From a bacterium (lineage in GTDB: Bacteria > Patescibacteriota > Patescibacteriia > JAZDGP01), in NCBI GenBank assembly GCA_043806935.1, contig JAZDGP010000003.1, positions 1-58,462 of the forward strand: a stretch of DNA of 58,462 nucleotides. Reading direction: 5' to 3'. The notes below the pieces were generated by a model that was not told the DNA's origin, made no database searches, and saw only the letters and a program-made list of their open reading frames with translations. The translations under genes and the position numbers were made by a program. Shown piece by piece: positions 8,927 to 18,300 of this stretch. How positions within the stretch are numbered: the first letter of the stretch is position 1; the number at the start of each line of letters is the position of its first letter.

Positions 8927-9523
8927 TTACTTCTTCTTTTGGTCTGGAGCTGGCTGTTCAGGAGCTGGTTGAGCCGGCGCTTGAGACGCTGGCAACTGTC
9001 CAGTCTTAAACTTTATGATTGCCTGCACCACTTGCCCTTCGTCCTTCAGATCTTCAATAAACACCATTTGGCTCCGGTTGATCCTCATTTCATCCACCGG
9101 ACCATGCAGTTCATTTCCCAACTTAGCTAAGCTTAACTGTTGTCCTTGCTGCTGTTGCTGGGTTGGCTGTCCGCCTTGCTGAAGCGGCTGGACCACTTGC
9201 AAATAATAAACATCCTTGAGCACTACTGACACTCGCCCGTCTCTTAAAACCTTGCCAAAGTAAACTTGGCCATTGGTCAGAAAGACCGCTTGGTAGCCTG
9301 GCCTGGCGTTCACCCATGGAATTTGCCAGCCCATGTAGCTGAAAGCCCACCAGCCAAGAATTAATAAAATTACTACTGTCCAGCAAACCTTGTGGCAAAC
9401 TGGCATCATCTTTCCGCCGCGGCAATGCTGTCCGCAACAGCAGTCGTTCCCTGACGACATCATCGACTCCGTATCCATTGACTGTTCGTCAATAGCGGAA
9501 GCCAAATGGTTCATTTTAGGCAT
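8927..9523 (-). CDS. Single-pass membrane protein with a Cys-cluster N-terminus and Gln/Pro-rich regions
   Basis: Cytoplasmic CCCGQHCRGG...C...C, one TM (WTVVILLILGWWAFSYMGW), an ectodomain with a QQQQQGQQ tract and a PAQPAPEQPAPDQKKK tail. I recognise no family. Confidence 0.6.
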   Translation of the reverse strand: MPKMNHLASAIDEQSMDTESMMSSGNDCCCGQHCRGGKMMPVCHKVCWTVVILLILGWWAFSYMGWQIPWVNARPGYQAVFLTNGQVYFGKVLRDGRVSVVLKDVYYLQVVQPLQQGGQPTQQQQQGQQLSLAKLGNELHGPVDEMRINRSQMVFIEDLKDEGQVVQAIIKFKTGQLPASQAPAQPAPEQPAPDQKKK

Positions 9524-9576
9524 ACGTTATATACGTACTTAATGGTTAATTGCTTTTAGTATACACCAAACAAAAA

Positions 9577-9669
9577 TTAGAAGCCATAGGTGCCTATCCC
9601 CAGCCAGAGTATAACAGCTATCACCACGATAGCTACCACTAGACGCTGTATAAAACTACGCCGTTTCAT
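9577..9669 (-). CDS. Possible 30-aa TM mini-protein (below the ORF-track cutoff)
   Basis: My translation is MKRRSFIQRLVVAIVVIAVILWLGIGTYGF. The ATG lies 2 nt after the argS TGA stop. There is no other support. Confidence 0.3.
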   Translation of the reverse strand: MKRRSFIQRLVVAIVVIAVILWLGIGTYGF

Positions 9670-9671
9670 AA

Positions 9672-11372
9672 TCACATCCGTTCCACTGTCTGGATGCCCA
9701 ATAGCTCCAAACCAGACCGTAACACATTAGCTGCGGCCTTGCACAAAACCAGTCTTTGCCCCCTCATAGCACTATCTGTCTCCCCAAGCACTGGCAATTC
9801 ATGGTAAAACCCATTCACCTTGACCGCCAAGCAGTACAAATAATTAGCTAACAGATTTGGAAAACATTCCCCTCCTGCTCTGGCAATGGCTTCTGGAAAC
9901 TGGATCAATTCCCTGGCAATGGACAATTCAGTTGGTTGGTAATTGGCTACTTCAGCAGTCTCCCAACTCCCAGCTTTCTCCAAAATAGAATTAAGCCTGA
10001 CGTAAGTGTACTGGAGATACGCCGCGCTGTTGCCGCTAAAATCCAACATTTTGTTCCAATCAAAGGAGATGTCAGTTAAACGGTTCTGAGACAGGTCATT
10101 GTAAAATAAAGATCCAATCCCAACCGCTTCCGCTATTCTATCTTTATCAGGCAATTCAGGATTCTTCTCTTCAATAATCTTTTTTGCCCTACCAACAGCT
10201 TCGTCTATAATCTCCTTGAGCTTAATGACTTGTCCTTCCCTGGAAGAGAACTTCTGGCCAGATGAAGAGATTATCAAACCGGCTTTAACGTGCGCAAGCC
10301 CCACGCCAGGAGCGTAACCTAAAAGCTCGCTGGCTTTAAATAACTGCTGGAAATGGAGCGCTTGTTCATTACCGGTAACAATAATAATTTTATCAGGATG
10401 GTACGTTTCATATCGGTACTTCATTGTCGCCAAATCAGTGGTGGAATAAAGGTAAGCTTTGTCTGACTTCTGGATCAGGTAAGGCGGCAAATCATTGTCA
10501 GGATAAAAAATAACCATCGCTCCTTCGCTCTCCCTAGCCAATCCTTTAGCAACAGCGTCAGTTACCACCTCTGGCAGTATTTTGTTAAAAAAGCTTTCTC
10601 CAAGTTCCGTATCATGCTTCACTCCCAACCTATCGTACAAATAGTGGAACTCCTTCATGCTCTCTGCCACGAATTGTTGCCATAGCTTATTGTTAACTGG
10701 ATCGCCTGACTGTAGTGCTAAAGTCTCTCTTCTCGCGTCCGCTTCCCTGCTTGGATCGTCTTTGGCTTCCTGGTGCCATTTGACGTACAAATCTTCCAGC
10801 TCTTCCACTGCCAATTCTTTCACTGCTGTCCCGTACGTGCGCTTATACTGGTCCAACAATTTGCCAAACTGCGTTCCCCAGTCTCCTAAATGGTTATCCG
10901 CTATGACAGTATAACCAAGCTTCCTATACAGCTTGACCAAGCTCCACCCTATAAAAGTAGACCTAATATGCCCTACGTGCATGGACTTGGCGATGTTAGG
11001 AGAAGAGAACTCAATAACCGCAGTCTTACCCTTGCCTTCATCCAGACTGCCATATAAAAGATCATTAGCTATCTGTCGTACTTGTTTTCCTAAATACTCC
11101 TGCTGGTAATAAAAATTAATAAACCCTGGTCCAGCTGTATCAATACGACCAAAACAAGATGCTAATTCCTGGTCATCCCCCAACAAAGCTATAATCTCCT
11201 CAGCCACTGCCAATGGCTGCTTGCCAGCCTGTTTGGCAATTACCAACGCAAGATTGGTGGACCAATCTCCATTACCTTCTTCCGCAGGCTGTTCCACTTT
11301 CGCAGTCCCTAGCATTCCATACTGCTTGGCAATCTCCCCCAGCTTCTCTTTGATCTTTATGCTTTCCCGCAT
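9672..11372 (-). CDS. argS: Arginine--tRNA ligase
   Basis: Class I HIGH motif in SSPNIAKSMHVGHIRS and ArgRS-like overall length. I chose the ATG at 11372 (MRESIKIKEKL) because the track start at 11420 would overlap smpB. Confidence 0.9.
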   Translation of the reverse strand: MRESIKIKEKLGEIAKQYGMLGTAKVEQPAEEGNGDWSTNLALVIAKQAGKQPLAVAEEIIALLGDDQELASCFGRIDTAGPGFINFYYQQEYLGKQVRQIANDLLYGSLDEGKGKTAVIEFSSPNIAKSMHVGHIRSTFIGWSLVKLYRKLGYTVIADNHLGDWGTQFGKLLDQYKRTYGTAVKELAVEELEDLYVKWHQEAKDDPSREADARRETLALQSGDPVNNKLWQQFVAESMKEFHYLYDRLGVKHDTELGESFFNKILPEVVTDAVAKGLARESEGAMVIFYPDNDLPPYLIQKSDKAYLYSTTDLATMKYRYETYHPDKIIIVTGNEQALHFQQLFKASELLGYAPGVGLAHVKAGLIISSSGQKFSSREGQVIKLKEIIDEAVGRAKKIIEEKNPELPDKDRIAEAVGIGSLFYNDLSQNRLTDISFDWNKMLDFSGNSAAYLQYTYVRLNSILEKAGSWETAEVANYQPTELSIARELIQFPEAIARAGGECFPNLLANYLYCLAVKVNGFYHELPVLGETDSAMRGQRLVLCKAAANVLRSGLELLGIQTVERM

Positions 11373-11393
11373 CTGGTATAGTATACCAACAGT

Positions 11394-11840
11394 ATGCCAG
11401 TAATTGCCATTAACAAACAAGGGCTGCGCGAATATGAGGTTCTGGAGACGATCCAGGCTGGTATTGTGCTGTCTGGACCAGAGGTTAAGTCAACAAAGGC
11501 TGGGAATGTATCATTACGGGGTAGTTACGTGGATATTAAAGGCAACGGGGTTTATTTGATCAACTGCCACATCGCTTCGTATAAGACAGCCAAAGGCCAG
11601 CAGGTTGGCTATGTTCCTACCCATACTAGGAAACTATTGCTCCGTAACAAACAGATACTGGAATTGCAGGACAAGAAGAAAGCGTACGGAGCGACCATTA
11701 TCCCCCAGTCCGTTGAAACCAAAGGCAGTTTAGTCAAGGTTATGATCGCTCTAGCTAGAGGTTTAGGAAAACGGGACAAGAGGTTGAAGATCAAAAAGAA
11801 GGAAGTGGAACGGGAAATGCGGAGAGCTTTAAAACAGTAA
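11394..11840 (+). CDS. smpB: SsrA-binding protein SmpB
   Basis: 148 aa with YEVLETIQAGIVLSGPEVKS and a basic C-terminal tail. A tmRNA gene lies about 450 bp away. Confidence 0.9.
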   Translation: MPVIAINKQGLREYEVLETIQAGIVLSGPEVKSTKAGNVSLRGSYVDIKGNGVYLINCHIASYKTAKGQQVGYVPTHTRKLLLRNKQILELQDKKKAYGATIIPQSVETKGSLVKVMIALARGLGKRDKRLKIKKKEVEREMRRALKQ

Positions 11841-11872
11841 AACCGAGGTCTTGTTAGATCTCGGTTACTTTA
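11841..11872. terminator. Bidirectional terminator between smpB and the 92-aa ORF
   Basis: 9-bp stem within ccgaggtcttgttagatctcgg (11843-11864) with T/A-rich flanks on both strands. Confidence 0.6.
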
Positions 11873-11876
11873 ACAC

Positions 11877-12155
11877 TTATGATTGAACGAATGGGGTTTG
11901 AGAAAAAGTCTCTACTTTATCTAAAATTTTTTGAGCAGCCAAGTATACTCCGTTATGCTGAATTTCTTTATTAACTTCACAAATTAACTTAGAAACTATT
12001 TCTAACCCTTTCTCCAATTGTCCTTGCGCCACCTTCATCACTACTATCCCTTGAACGGGACTTGATATTTCTTCATCTGAATCTTGGATCTTTAAATCAA
12101 CAAAGTTGGAATGGTTAGGGCCTAAGACGACGATGAGTTTAAAAAATTTGTTCAT
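11877..12155 (-). CDS. Hypothetical 92-aa protein between smpB and ssrA
   Basis: Strong SD GGGAGGA 5 nt upstream of the ATG, and no TM segment. I recognise no family. Confidence 0.55.
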   Translation of the reverse strand: MNKFFKLIVVLGPNHSNFVDLKIQDSDEEISSPVQGIVVMKVAQGQLEKGLEIVSKLICEVNKEIQHNGVYLAAQKILDKVETFSQTPFVQS

Positions 12156-12253
12156 GATTTCCTCCCTTATTCTTTATTGTTTTGTCCACAACACTGTGTT
12201 GTGAATAGTACATGTCTACCATATCTAAAAATATCTGTCAACAAGTAATTAAT

Positions 12254-12280
12254 AAACAAAAAACACCTCTTACAAGGTGT
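12254..12280 (-). terminator. Rho-independent terminator of ssrA
   Basis: Minus-strand hairpin acacct-tgtaag-aggtgt followed by tttttgtttatt, directly after the tmRNA CCA end. Confidence 0.7.
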
Positions 12281-12281
12281 T

Positions 12282-12662
12282 TGGTGGAGATGGGGGGACT
12301 TACACCCCCGTCTTACCTGTCTGACAACAGCTTCTACCAACATAGTCCGTCTTATATTCTTACTGTTCAGACAAAGAAACGGACAACCGTCTGGCAGCGC
12401 AATCCGGATAATACGTTCCCAGTTGCCGGACATGGCTGGAAACGGCTCGCTGAATGGCACCCGGCTCCGGCATAGCGAGTATCCACCGGACGGATGGTCT
12501 TCACGTTAAGCGAAGACGGAAACCGGCTGGAGAACACGCAAGGCGTTCTTCAAGCTGGCGAAAACGTTTTTGACGTTTTTTGGTTTAGTAAGTTTTACGA
12601 GTTAACCGGCTCGGTTGGCAGCTAGTTGTCAAAGAACAGCGTAATCAATCTAGGACATCCCC
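12282..12662 (-). ncRNA. ssrA: tmRNA (SsrA), 381 nt
   Basis: The 5' GGGGATG pairs with the 3' CATCTCC-A-CCA, including a G3:U pair. T-arm is GGGGG-TGTAAGT-CCCCC. A PK1-like CCGAGCCGGTTAACTCGTAAAA resembles E. coli CCGAGGGGCGGTTGGCCTCGTAAAAA. The tag frame ends GTC TTC GCT TAA with the stop in the loop of hairpin GTCTTC...GAAGAC. Confidence 0.9.
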
Positions 12663-12674
12663 AAGCAGGCATTC

Positions 12675-12702
12675 ATTATACCTGTTAATAACTATTTGTC
12701 AA
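12675..12702 (-). promoter_or_regulatory. Sigma-70-type promoter of ssrA
   Basis: Minus strand reads TTGACA (12702-12697), a 16-nt spacer, then TATAAT (12680-12675), 12 nt before the mature 5' end. Confidence 0.6.
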
Positions 12703-12772
12703 TATAGCCTTTATCTTTTACAAAGTAATCTCTATACTAACATCATTAATTAATCATTAATCCTTTACTTCC

Positions 12773-13282
12773 ATTTCATTATCATTTCGCAAGAACGAAC
12801 AGGTTAGGTCTCCCCAGGTACGGTTGGTTGGGGAAACCGGAGAGCACACTGGCATAGTTTCCATCCAAGAAGCTCTGCAAAGAGCAAGGACAGCTGAACT
12901 AGACCTAATAGAAATCTCCCCCACCGCTACCCCGCCTGTCTGCAAGATCGCTGACTACGGCCAATTCCTGTACCAGAAGCAAAGAGAGATGCAGAAAGCT
13001 AAAGCAAAACAGAAAAAGACTGATATCAAGGTACTGAAGGTATCGTTGGGAATAGCACAAGGAGATCTCCAGCGGCAGGCAGACAAAGCCAGAGAATTCT
13101 TACAGGAAGGCCATAAGGTACGATTTGAAATGAGACTAAAGGGAAGGGAAAAGAGCAAGCCAGAACTGGCTAAACAACGAATGCAAGCTATTGTAGGCCA
13201 ATTATCTGATTTAGGGAGGCTGGACAGTCCTGTGGTGTTGCAGATGAGCGTGGTGTCATTTTCTGTCACACCTAAACGGTAG
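12773..13282 (+). CDS. infC: Translation initiation factor IF-3 with an ATT start codon
   Basis: The in-frame sequence upstream of the track start encodes RKNEQVRSPQVRLVGETGEHTGIVS, matching the conserved IF3 N-terminus. The frame opens after TAA at 12758-12760, and ATT at 12773 is the only near-cognate start in that interval. Confidence 0.85.
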   Translation: MSLSFRKNEQVRSPQVRLVGETGEHTGIVSIQEALQRARTAELDLIEISPTATPPVCKIADYGQFLYQKQREMQKAKAKQKKTDIKVLKVSLGIAQGDLQRQADKAREFLQEGHKVRFEMRLKGREKSKPELAKQRMQAIVGQLSDLGRLDSPVVLQMSVVSFSVTPKR

Positions 13283-13321
13283 GCTTGCAAAATAATAAGT
13301 CTTTTGGTAGTCTGGTACGGT

Positions 13322-13519
13322 ATGCCTAAATTAAAGACAGCTAAAGTCATTTCCAAACGGGTCAAAGTGACCAAAGGAAAGAAACTCCTGACCAAGACAG
13401 CTGGACAGGATCATTTTAACGCTAGAGAGCGTGGTAATACCACTAGGAACAAACGGCGACTAACGGAGCTGGCTAAGCCAGACTCTAAGCTGGCTAAAAT
13501 GTATTTACCTTATATTTAA
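13322..13519 (+). CDS. rpmI: 50S ribosomal protein L35
   Basis: 65 aa from MPKLKTAKVISKRVKVT, very basic, in the infC-rpmI-rplT order. Confidence 0.9.
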   Translation: MPKLKTAKVISKRVKVTKGKKLLTKTAGQDHFNARERGNTTRNKRRLTELAKPDSKLAKMYLPYI

Positions 13520-13522
13520 CAT

Positions 13523-13867
13523 ATGCCAAGAGTAAAGCGGGGTAAAACCCATCTAAAGCACCGTAAGAACATCCTGAAGGCCACCAAGGGCTTCAAGTGG
13601 GGCAGGAAGAGCAAGATCAAGCTGGCTAAGACCGCTGCCACCAAAGCTGGTGTGCATGCCTATGTGGATAGAAGGCTTAAGAAACGGATTGCCAGAGGCC
13701 TTTGGCAAGTAAGGATTAACGCTTCCTTACGGCCACTCGGAATGTCTTATTCCAAGTTCATGGGAAGCTTAAAGAAAGCTGGGATCAGCTTGGACAGGAA
13801 AGTGCTTGCCAGTCTGGCAGTAGAGCATCCTGAAGTGATAAAGAAGCTGGCAGAGCAGGTGAAGTAA
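13523..13867 (+). CDS. rplT: 50S ribosomal protein L20
   Basis: MPRVKRGKTHLKHRKNILKATKGF, a canonical L20 N-terminus. Confidence 0.95.
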   Translation: MPRVKRGKTHLKHRKNILKATKGFKWGRKSKIKLAKTAATKAGVHAYVDRRLKKRIARGLWQVRINASLRPLGMSYSKFMGSLKKAGISLDRKVLASLAVEHPEVIKKLAEQVK

Positions 13868-13895
13868 AAAAACAGAGGCTTTAGTCTCTGTTTTA
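13868..13895. terminator. Bidirectional terminator between rplT and the DUF4956 gene
   Basis: Stem aaacagag (13870-13877) / ctctgttt (13886-13893) with a T-run after it on the plus strand. Confidence 0.6.
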
Positions 13896-13906
13896 CTTTG
13901 TCTAAA

Positions 13907-14614
13907 TTAATACTCCACGTAATTTTCCGTGGACACCAAGGATACGCGGTCATATGATCCTTGAGCAGCCAAAGCATCCAATAATTTCTTCTCACTCCCC
14001 TTACCTGTCAACTTCACTCTATAGACCACTTCCAATAAATTCTGGTCTTCATAAACAGTGGTGAAATTATTTAAACTATACTCTTTGGCAACCGCGTTCA
14101 GCAAAGAATCCAGATCGCTTTTATCAAAAGAGTCTTTCTTAACCCTAATAGTCAAAAAATACTGGCTATTGGTGAACAAACCGTAATTAGCTCTGTTTAA
14201 ATAGTAAACGGCCAGAAGGCTCAATAAAGTGCCCACAATGGCAATATGGTAATTCTGGGTGCCTACCATCATGCCGACGGCTAAAGACAGAAAAAGGAAC
14301 ATAATATCCTTCGGATCTTTAATAGCGGTGCGAAAACGGATAATAGACAAAGCGCCTACCAATCCAAAGGCTCTAGCTAAATTGCTTCCAATGGTCAGCA
14401 TCACCAAAGCGGTAATAATCGCCAACACAACTAACGACACGACGAATGAAGAAGAATACGAGGTGCCGCTAAAGGTCTTCTGGTACACCCAAGACAGCAG
14501 CAGACCAAGTCCAAATGTCAAAACCACCACCAATACGACAGCTTCAACCGAAATACTGGAAGTCGTCATTTCTTGAAAAACTTTTTGTCCAATAGCCTGC
14601 AGATAATCATTCAT
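13907..14614 (-). CDS. DUF4956-type polytopic membrane protein
   Basis: Family-like block GALSIIRFRTAIKDPKDIMFLF and several TM helices. The ATG at 14614 is 1 nt after the VTC gene stop (TAATATG). Confidence 0.75.
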   Translation of the reverse strand: MNDYLQAIGQKVFQEMTTSSISVEAVVLVVVLTFGLGLLLSWVYQKTFSGTSYSSSFVVSLVVLAIITALVMLTIGSNLARAFGLVGALSIIRFRTAIKDPKDIMFLFLSLAVGMMVGTQNYHIAIVGTLLSLLAVYYLNRANYGLFTNSQYFLTIRVKKDSFDKSDLDSLLNAVAKEYSLNNFTTVYEDQNLLEVVYRVKLTGKGSEKKLLDALAAQGSYDRVSLVSTENYVEY

Positions 14615-14615
14615 A

Positions 14616-15320
14616 TTATTTCTGTGAGTTAAAAATAAGCTTAGACATGGCAAGTGTGTATTTGCTTAAGGCTCGCCGTTCCAAATTATATGTTCTAATA
14701 GCGTCAAGGAAATAAACTGGCAGCAAATGCTCGCACTTTATTTCCATGATCACTTGGTCACCCACCGGTCTGACCAATAACCCTTTAGTGTACAAGTCAT
14801 GATCCGCGGAGGCCCTAATATTAGAATCAAAGGATACCTTAAACTTAATAAATTTGTCCAGTAGCGATATACGGCTATAACGGACGACTGTTTGCGGAGT
14901 CAGACGGTACCACCGGAACATAAACCAAAGCTTGCGGAAAAATTTATCAGTAAAGGTGGAAGGAGAGGGATTGGAAAAATGGTTAATAACATTTGATATC
15001 ATGGCTGTTGGCAGTATTTCTCGTTCTTTGTAAATCTTATCAAACGGTTTGAGTTTTAATTCCATATAAACATCCTTGCCAGGCTCGTCCCCATAAGTCC
15101 GCAATCGAACTTTTTGCCGATCAGCAGTACCAGCTACCTTCTCGTGGTAGAAAGTCAATGTTGGGGAATCAAAATAAAGAGAACGGACAGTGTAAGGTTT
15201 GCTACCCACGTTAGGAGCGTCTAAGACGCAAAATTTAGAAAAATAAGACATCAGCTCAAAAGCGACATGTGAAGGCAATAAGTATTTATATTCAAACCTT
15301 GAAAATTTTAAATGTTTCAT
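14616..15320 (-). CDS. VTC-domain (triphosphate-tunnel, polyphosphate-polymerase-like) protein
   Basis: FSRFEYKYLL N-terminus, then YTVRSLYFDSP and RQKVRLRTYG...VYMELKLK, as in VTC/CYTH tunnel domains. Confidence 0.75.
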   Translation of the reverse strand: MKHLKFSRFEYKYLLPSHVAFELMSYFSKFCVLDAPNVGSKPYTVRSLYFDSPTLTFYHEKVAGTADRQKVRLRTYGDEPGKDVYMELKLKPFDKIYKEREILPTAMISNVINHFSNPSPSTFTDKFFRKLWFMFRWYRLTPQTVVRYSRISLLDKFIKFKVSFDSNIRASADHDLYTKGLLVRPVGDQVIMEIKCEHLLPVYFLDAIRTYNLERRALSKYTLAMSKLIFNSQK

Positions 15321-15325
15321 AAATA

Positions 15326-18300
15326 TTATCTGCTTACGTTAATTTGAGGATACCTACGAATCAATTCATTAGTGGGAATAGTTAGCAAAATAACGGATGA
15401 ATCGCTATCATGGTCAGAAACAGCCTTATTTTGCTCCATTGTTGAATTAATGTCAGTAAGAATACCGCCGCTCACAAATCTGCGTTTCTTCAAATACGCG
15501 TGCAAAGCCATACGATTGTTTTTAAAAACATTATTCACGGACACAGCTGTTGATCCGTCCTTTGACTGAATGCCAATATCACAACCTTCAAAAACGTTGT
15601 CAAAAATATAAATATGAGAAGATTCCCCCACGCTCACGCATTTGTCTCCAGATTTATTCACGGTATTCCCGTAAATCTTAGAGTTATCTGATGACACGTC
15701 AATTGAATCATTGCCATTGTCTTCAAACTGGTTGGAGAAAATCAGGCTTCCTGGCTTGGCAAAATCAAAATCAATAGCGTCGAAGCTATTTTTCTGAAAC
15801 AAAGATTTGGATATATTACAAATAGTATTCTTGCAGTTCAAACTGTCATCTCCTGTGTTCATTCGAAAAATTGAATTTGTCACAGTCAATTCCTTGGCCA
15901 TATGCGCGGTCAAGGATCCTGTGTATTCTTGTCCCATCAAATAAGCGCTCCCGCCTTTTTCAAAGACTGTATATTCAAACACGCCAGAGGATTCAGTCCC
16001 CCGCAACAGCACTACTCCCCACGGTTCCTTATCATCTTTCTCCGTTGTAAACCGTATCTGTTTGTCACTAGTCCCTTTCGCTATAATCGACCCATAGGAA
16101 ACCATGCTAACGGCTGGCTTAAACCGAATGACAGTGCCAGCCGGAATCCGCACTGTCACACCGGCTGGGATAAGAATATCTTCAGTCATGACTGGTGGAT
16201 TGTTACGGAATGTAAACAACGTTGGATCGCTTTTGTCTCTTTTAACAAAAGATTTATATTCTTTAGCGAACTTTTCTGGCGTTTGTTTACGCAATGCGTC
16301 ATACAGCTGTTCGTCATCCAAATCCACGCTCTCCAAACGTACATCAGTTAATTGCACTGTAGGATCAACAGTAACGTTAGGATGTAATTTCTTGACCACA
16401 AACGTTGAAGCATTCTTCACAACCGTCCCTTTTATCGCCACTTCAGTAAACGGACCTTCAGCCAACACCACCGTCCCTCTAATATTTTCAATCTGTCCGC
16501 CTTCAATCCTAGCCTTGGTCTCCAATAACCTGTAACAATTATCCAAATAATCACGGCAGGTAATACCACTCATAACAGCATAACTATCACTCATTGTTAC
16601 TCCAGTTTTGCCGCCGCTGAAATCAGTATTAATGACTTCCAACATGCAGTTATCACAACTAATATTGTCTAAATTCTTAGAAAAGTGGCTGTCATACACG
16701 CCGAGAAACACTAGATTCTCTCCAGACACGGCTCCTTGCTTATCATTAACTGTTCCGCTGATATTTGCAAATGCCACAACGCCACCAGCCTTAATCCACA
16801 TTCCAAACCAAGCTGGCAGATCTTCTTTATTAGAAAATACTACAGGGCGAACGGATGTCCCAGCCGCAATCACGACATCAGTAGTAATCTTGGCTAAAGG
16901 CCAGATCCGTAGCTCCACACCAGGCTCTAGCAACAACACCGCATTGTCTAGCACTAAATCCTCAGTTACTTCAAACCGCTGCCCTGCTGGCAGTATATAC
17001 GCTTTAGGGCGTTCTTTAACTAATTTGTCTACCAATGACTGGCGACTGCCAGTTAAACTAACGGCTTGGAGATAAGCTGGATGATTAAGAACATCTACTC
17101 CTCTCCCTGCCTGGTAACGGCTTATTGTCTTTTGATTCAATTCATTACCAATTATTGGCGGAGTATATTCTTGAAAAAACTCCCCTCTTGTTTCACTCAA
17201 CTTCGCTCCTTTATAAAACAAAGATACCATGTAATCTAACGGATATGGCCAAAGAGTTGGATCAATAGAACAGGTAAAATCAAAAACTGGATACAAATTA
17301 TTTGTCTGCACGCACTTACTAGAAATCACTTGTACATTCCATCCGTTAGGATCAAGTGTGATTGGTTCATGCTCGCTATCCATCGGATAGAGAAAATCAA
17401 CTGTTAATTTCTGCTTATATGGCTCATTAATTAATGGTTGAGTTGTAACTATAACCCGCGGATAAGGATCTTTCACCGCTTCAAGATTATCGCCGGTAAC
17501 AGCATTCTCCACGATGAACATAAGTTTATCAGCAGAAGGCATCTCTCCCTTGCCTTTCCAAACGTAATGGTAGAGATATGGCTCAGGAATCACTCTAATA
17601 CCATTCTTAGTCAAACTATAATCTCCTGGTTCGCTAACACGGACCATTTGGGCAGATATGATCCGTTCTTTATCCTGCCACCACGGAGGATTAACATTCA
17701 CCCACTGGTCAGTACAATTGACCGTACCGCAATAAATCGCCTGCAGCTTAACCGGAACATAAGTAGGATTCCACATTCCTAAATATGGATTTCTGTCTTG
17801 ATCAAAAAAATAGTTCCAATGGATCGACGCTAATCTTAACTGATTTTCTAAGTACCAATTTCTCACTTCAGCCCAACCGCGAATTCGTTCCACTGAAGCG
17901 CAATATCCGTTAATGTCTCCCGGAATATTCCACATATGAGTCGCTTGCAGCAAAGCTTTTCCAAAGTTAGGATAACGCCTGGCTTGGCCGCAACTGTAAT
18001 TATCAAAAAGATTTGAAATGATATTTGGTTCCAATATCTGTTTCCGCATTTTATTTAATTCCAGCAAATACTCATGTACAAACGTAGGATTGCGGAAAAA
18101 ATATCCAGATATGTAATTTAAATTGACAAACGGAGAATTATCCATGTCAATAAGGCCGCTTAAATCATACAGAACAGGATGCCAACGGACGTTTTTCTCT
18201 TTGTCTTGAGTGGCGGCAAATACTAAATTATGAGTATCCATATGGCTTGAACCAAAAACTGTATTAAGAGTCAAATACCGTAAATAATCAGGCAAGACAA

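Noticed and set aside
12167-12475. ORFs 12167-12460 (-) and 12212-12475 (+).
   Set aside because: Both lie inside the well-supported tmRNA gene (12282-12662) and its terminator, and have no protein-like features.
12955-13395. A minus-strand 146-aa ORF.
   Set aside because: It is antisense to infC/rpmI, which are supported by strong family motifs.
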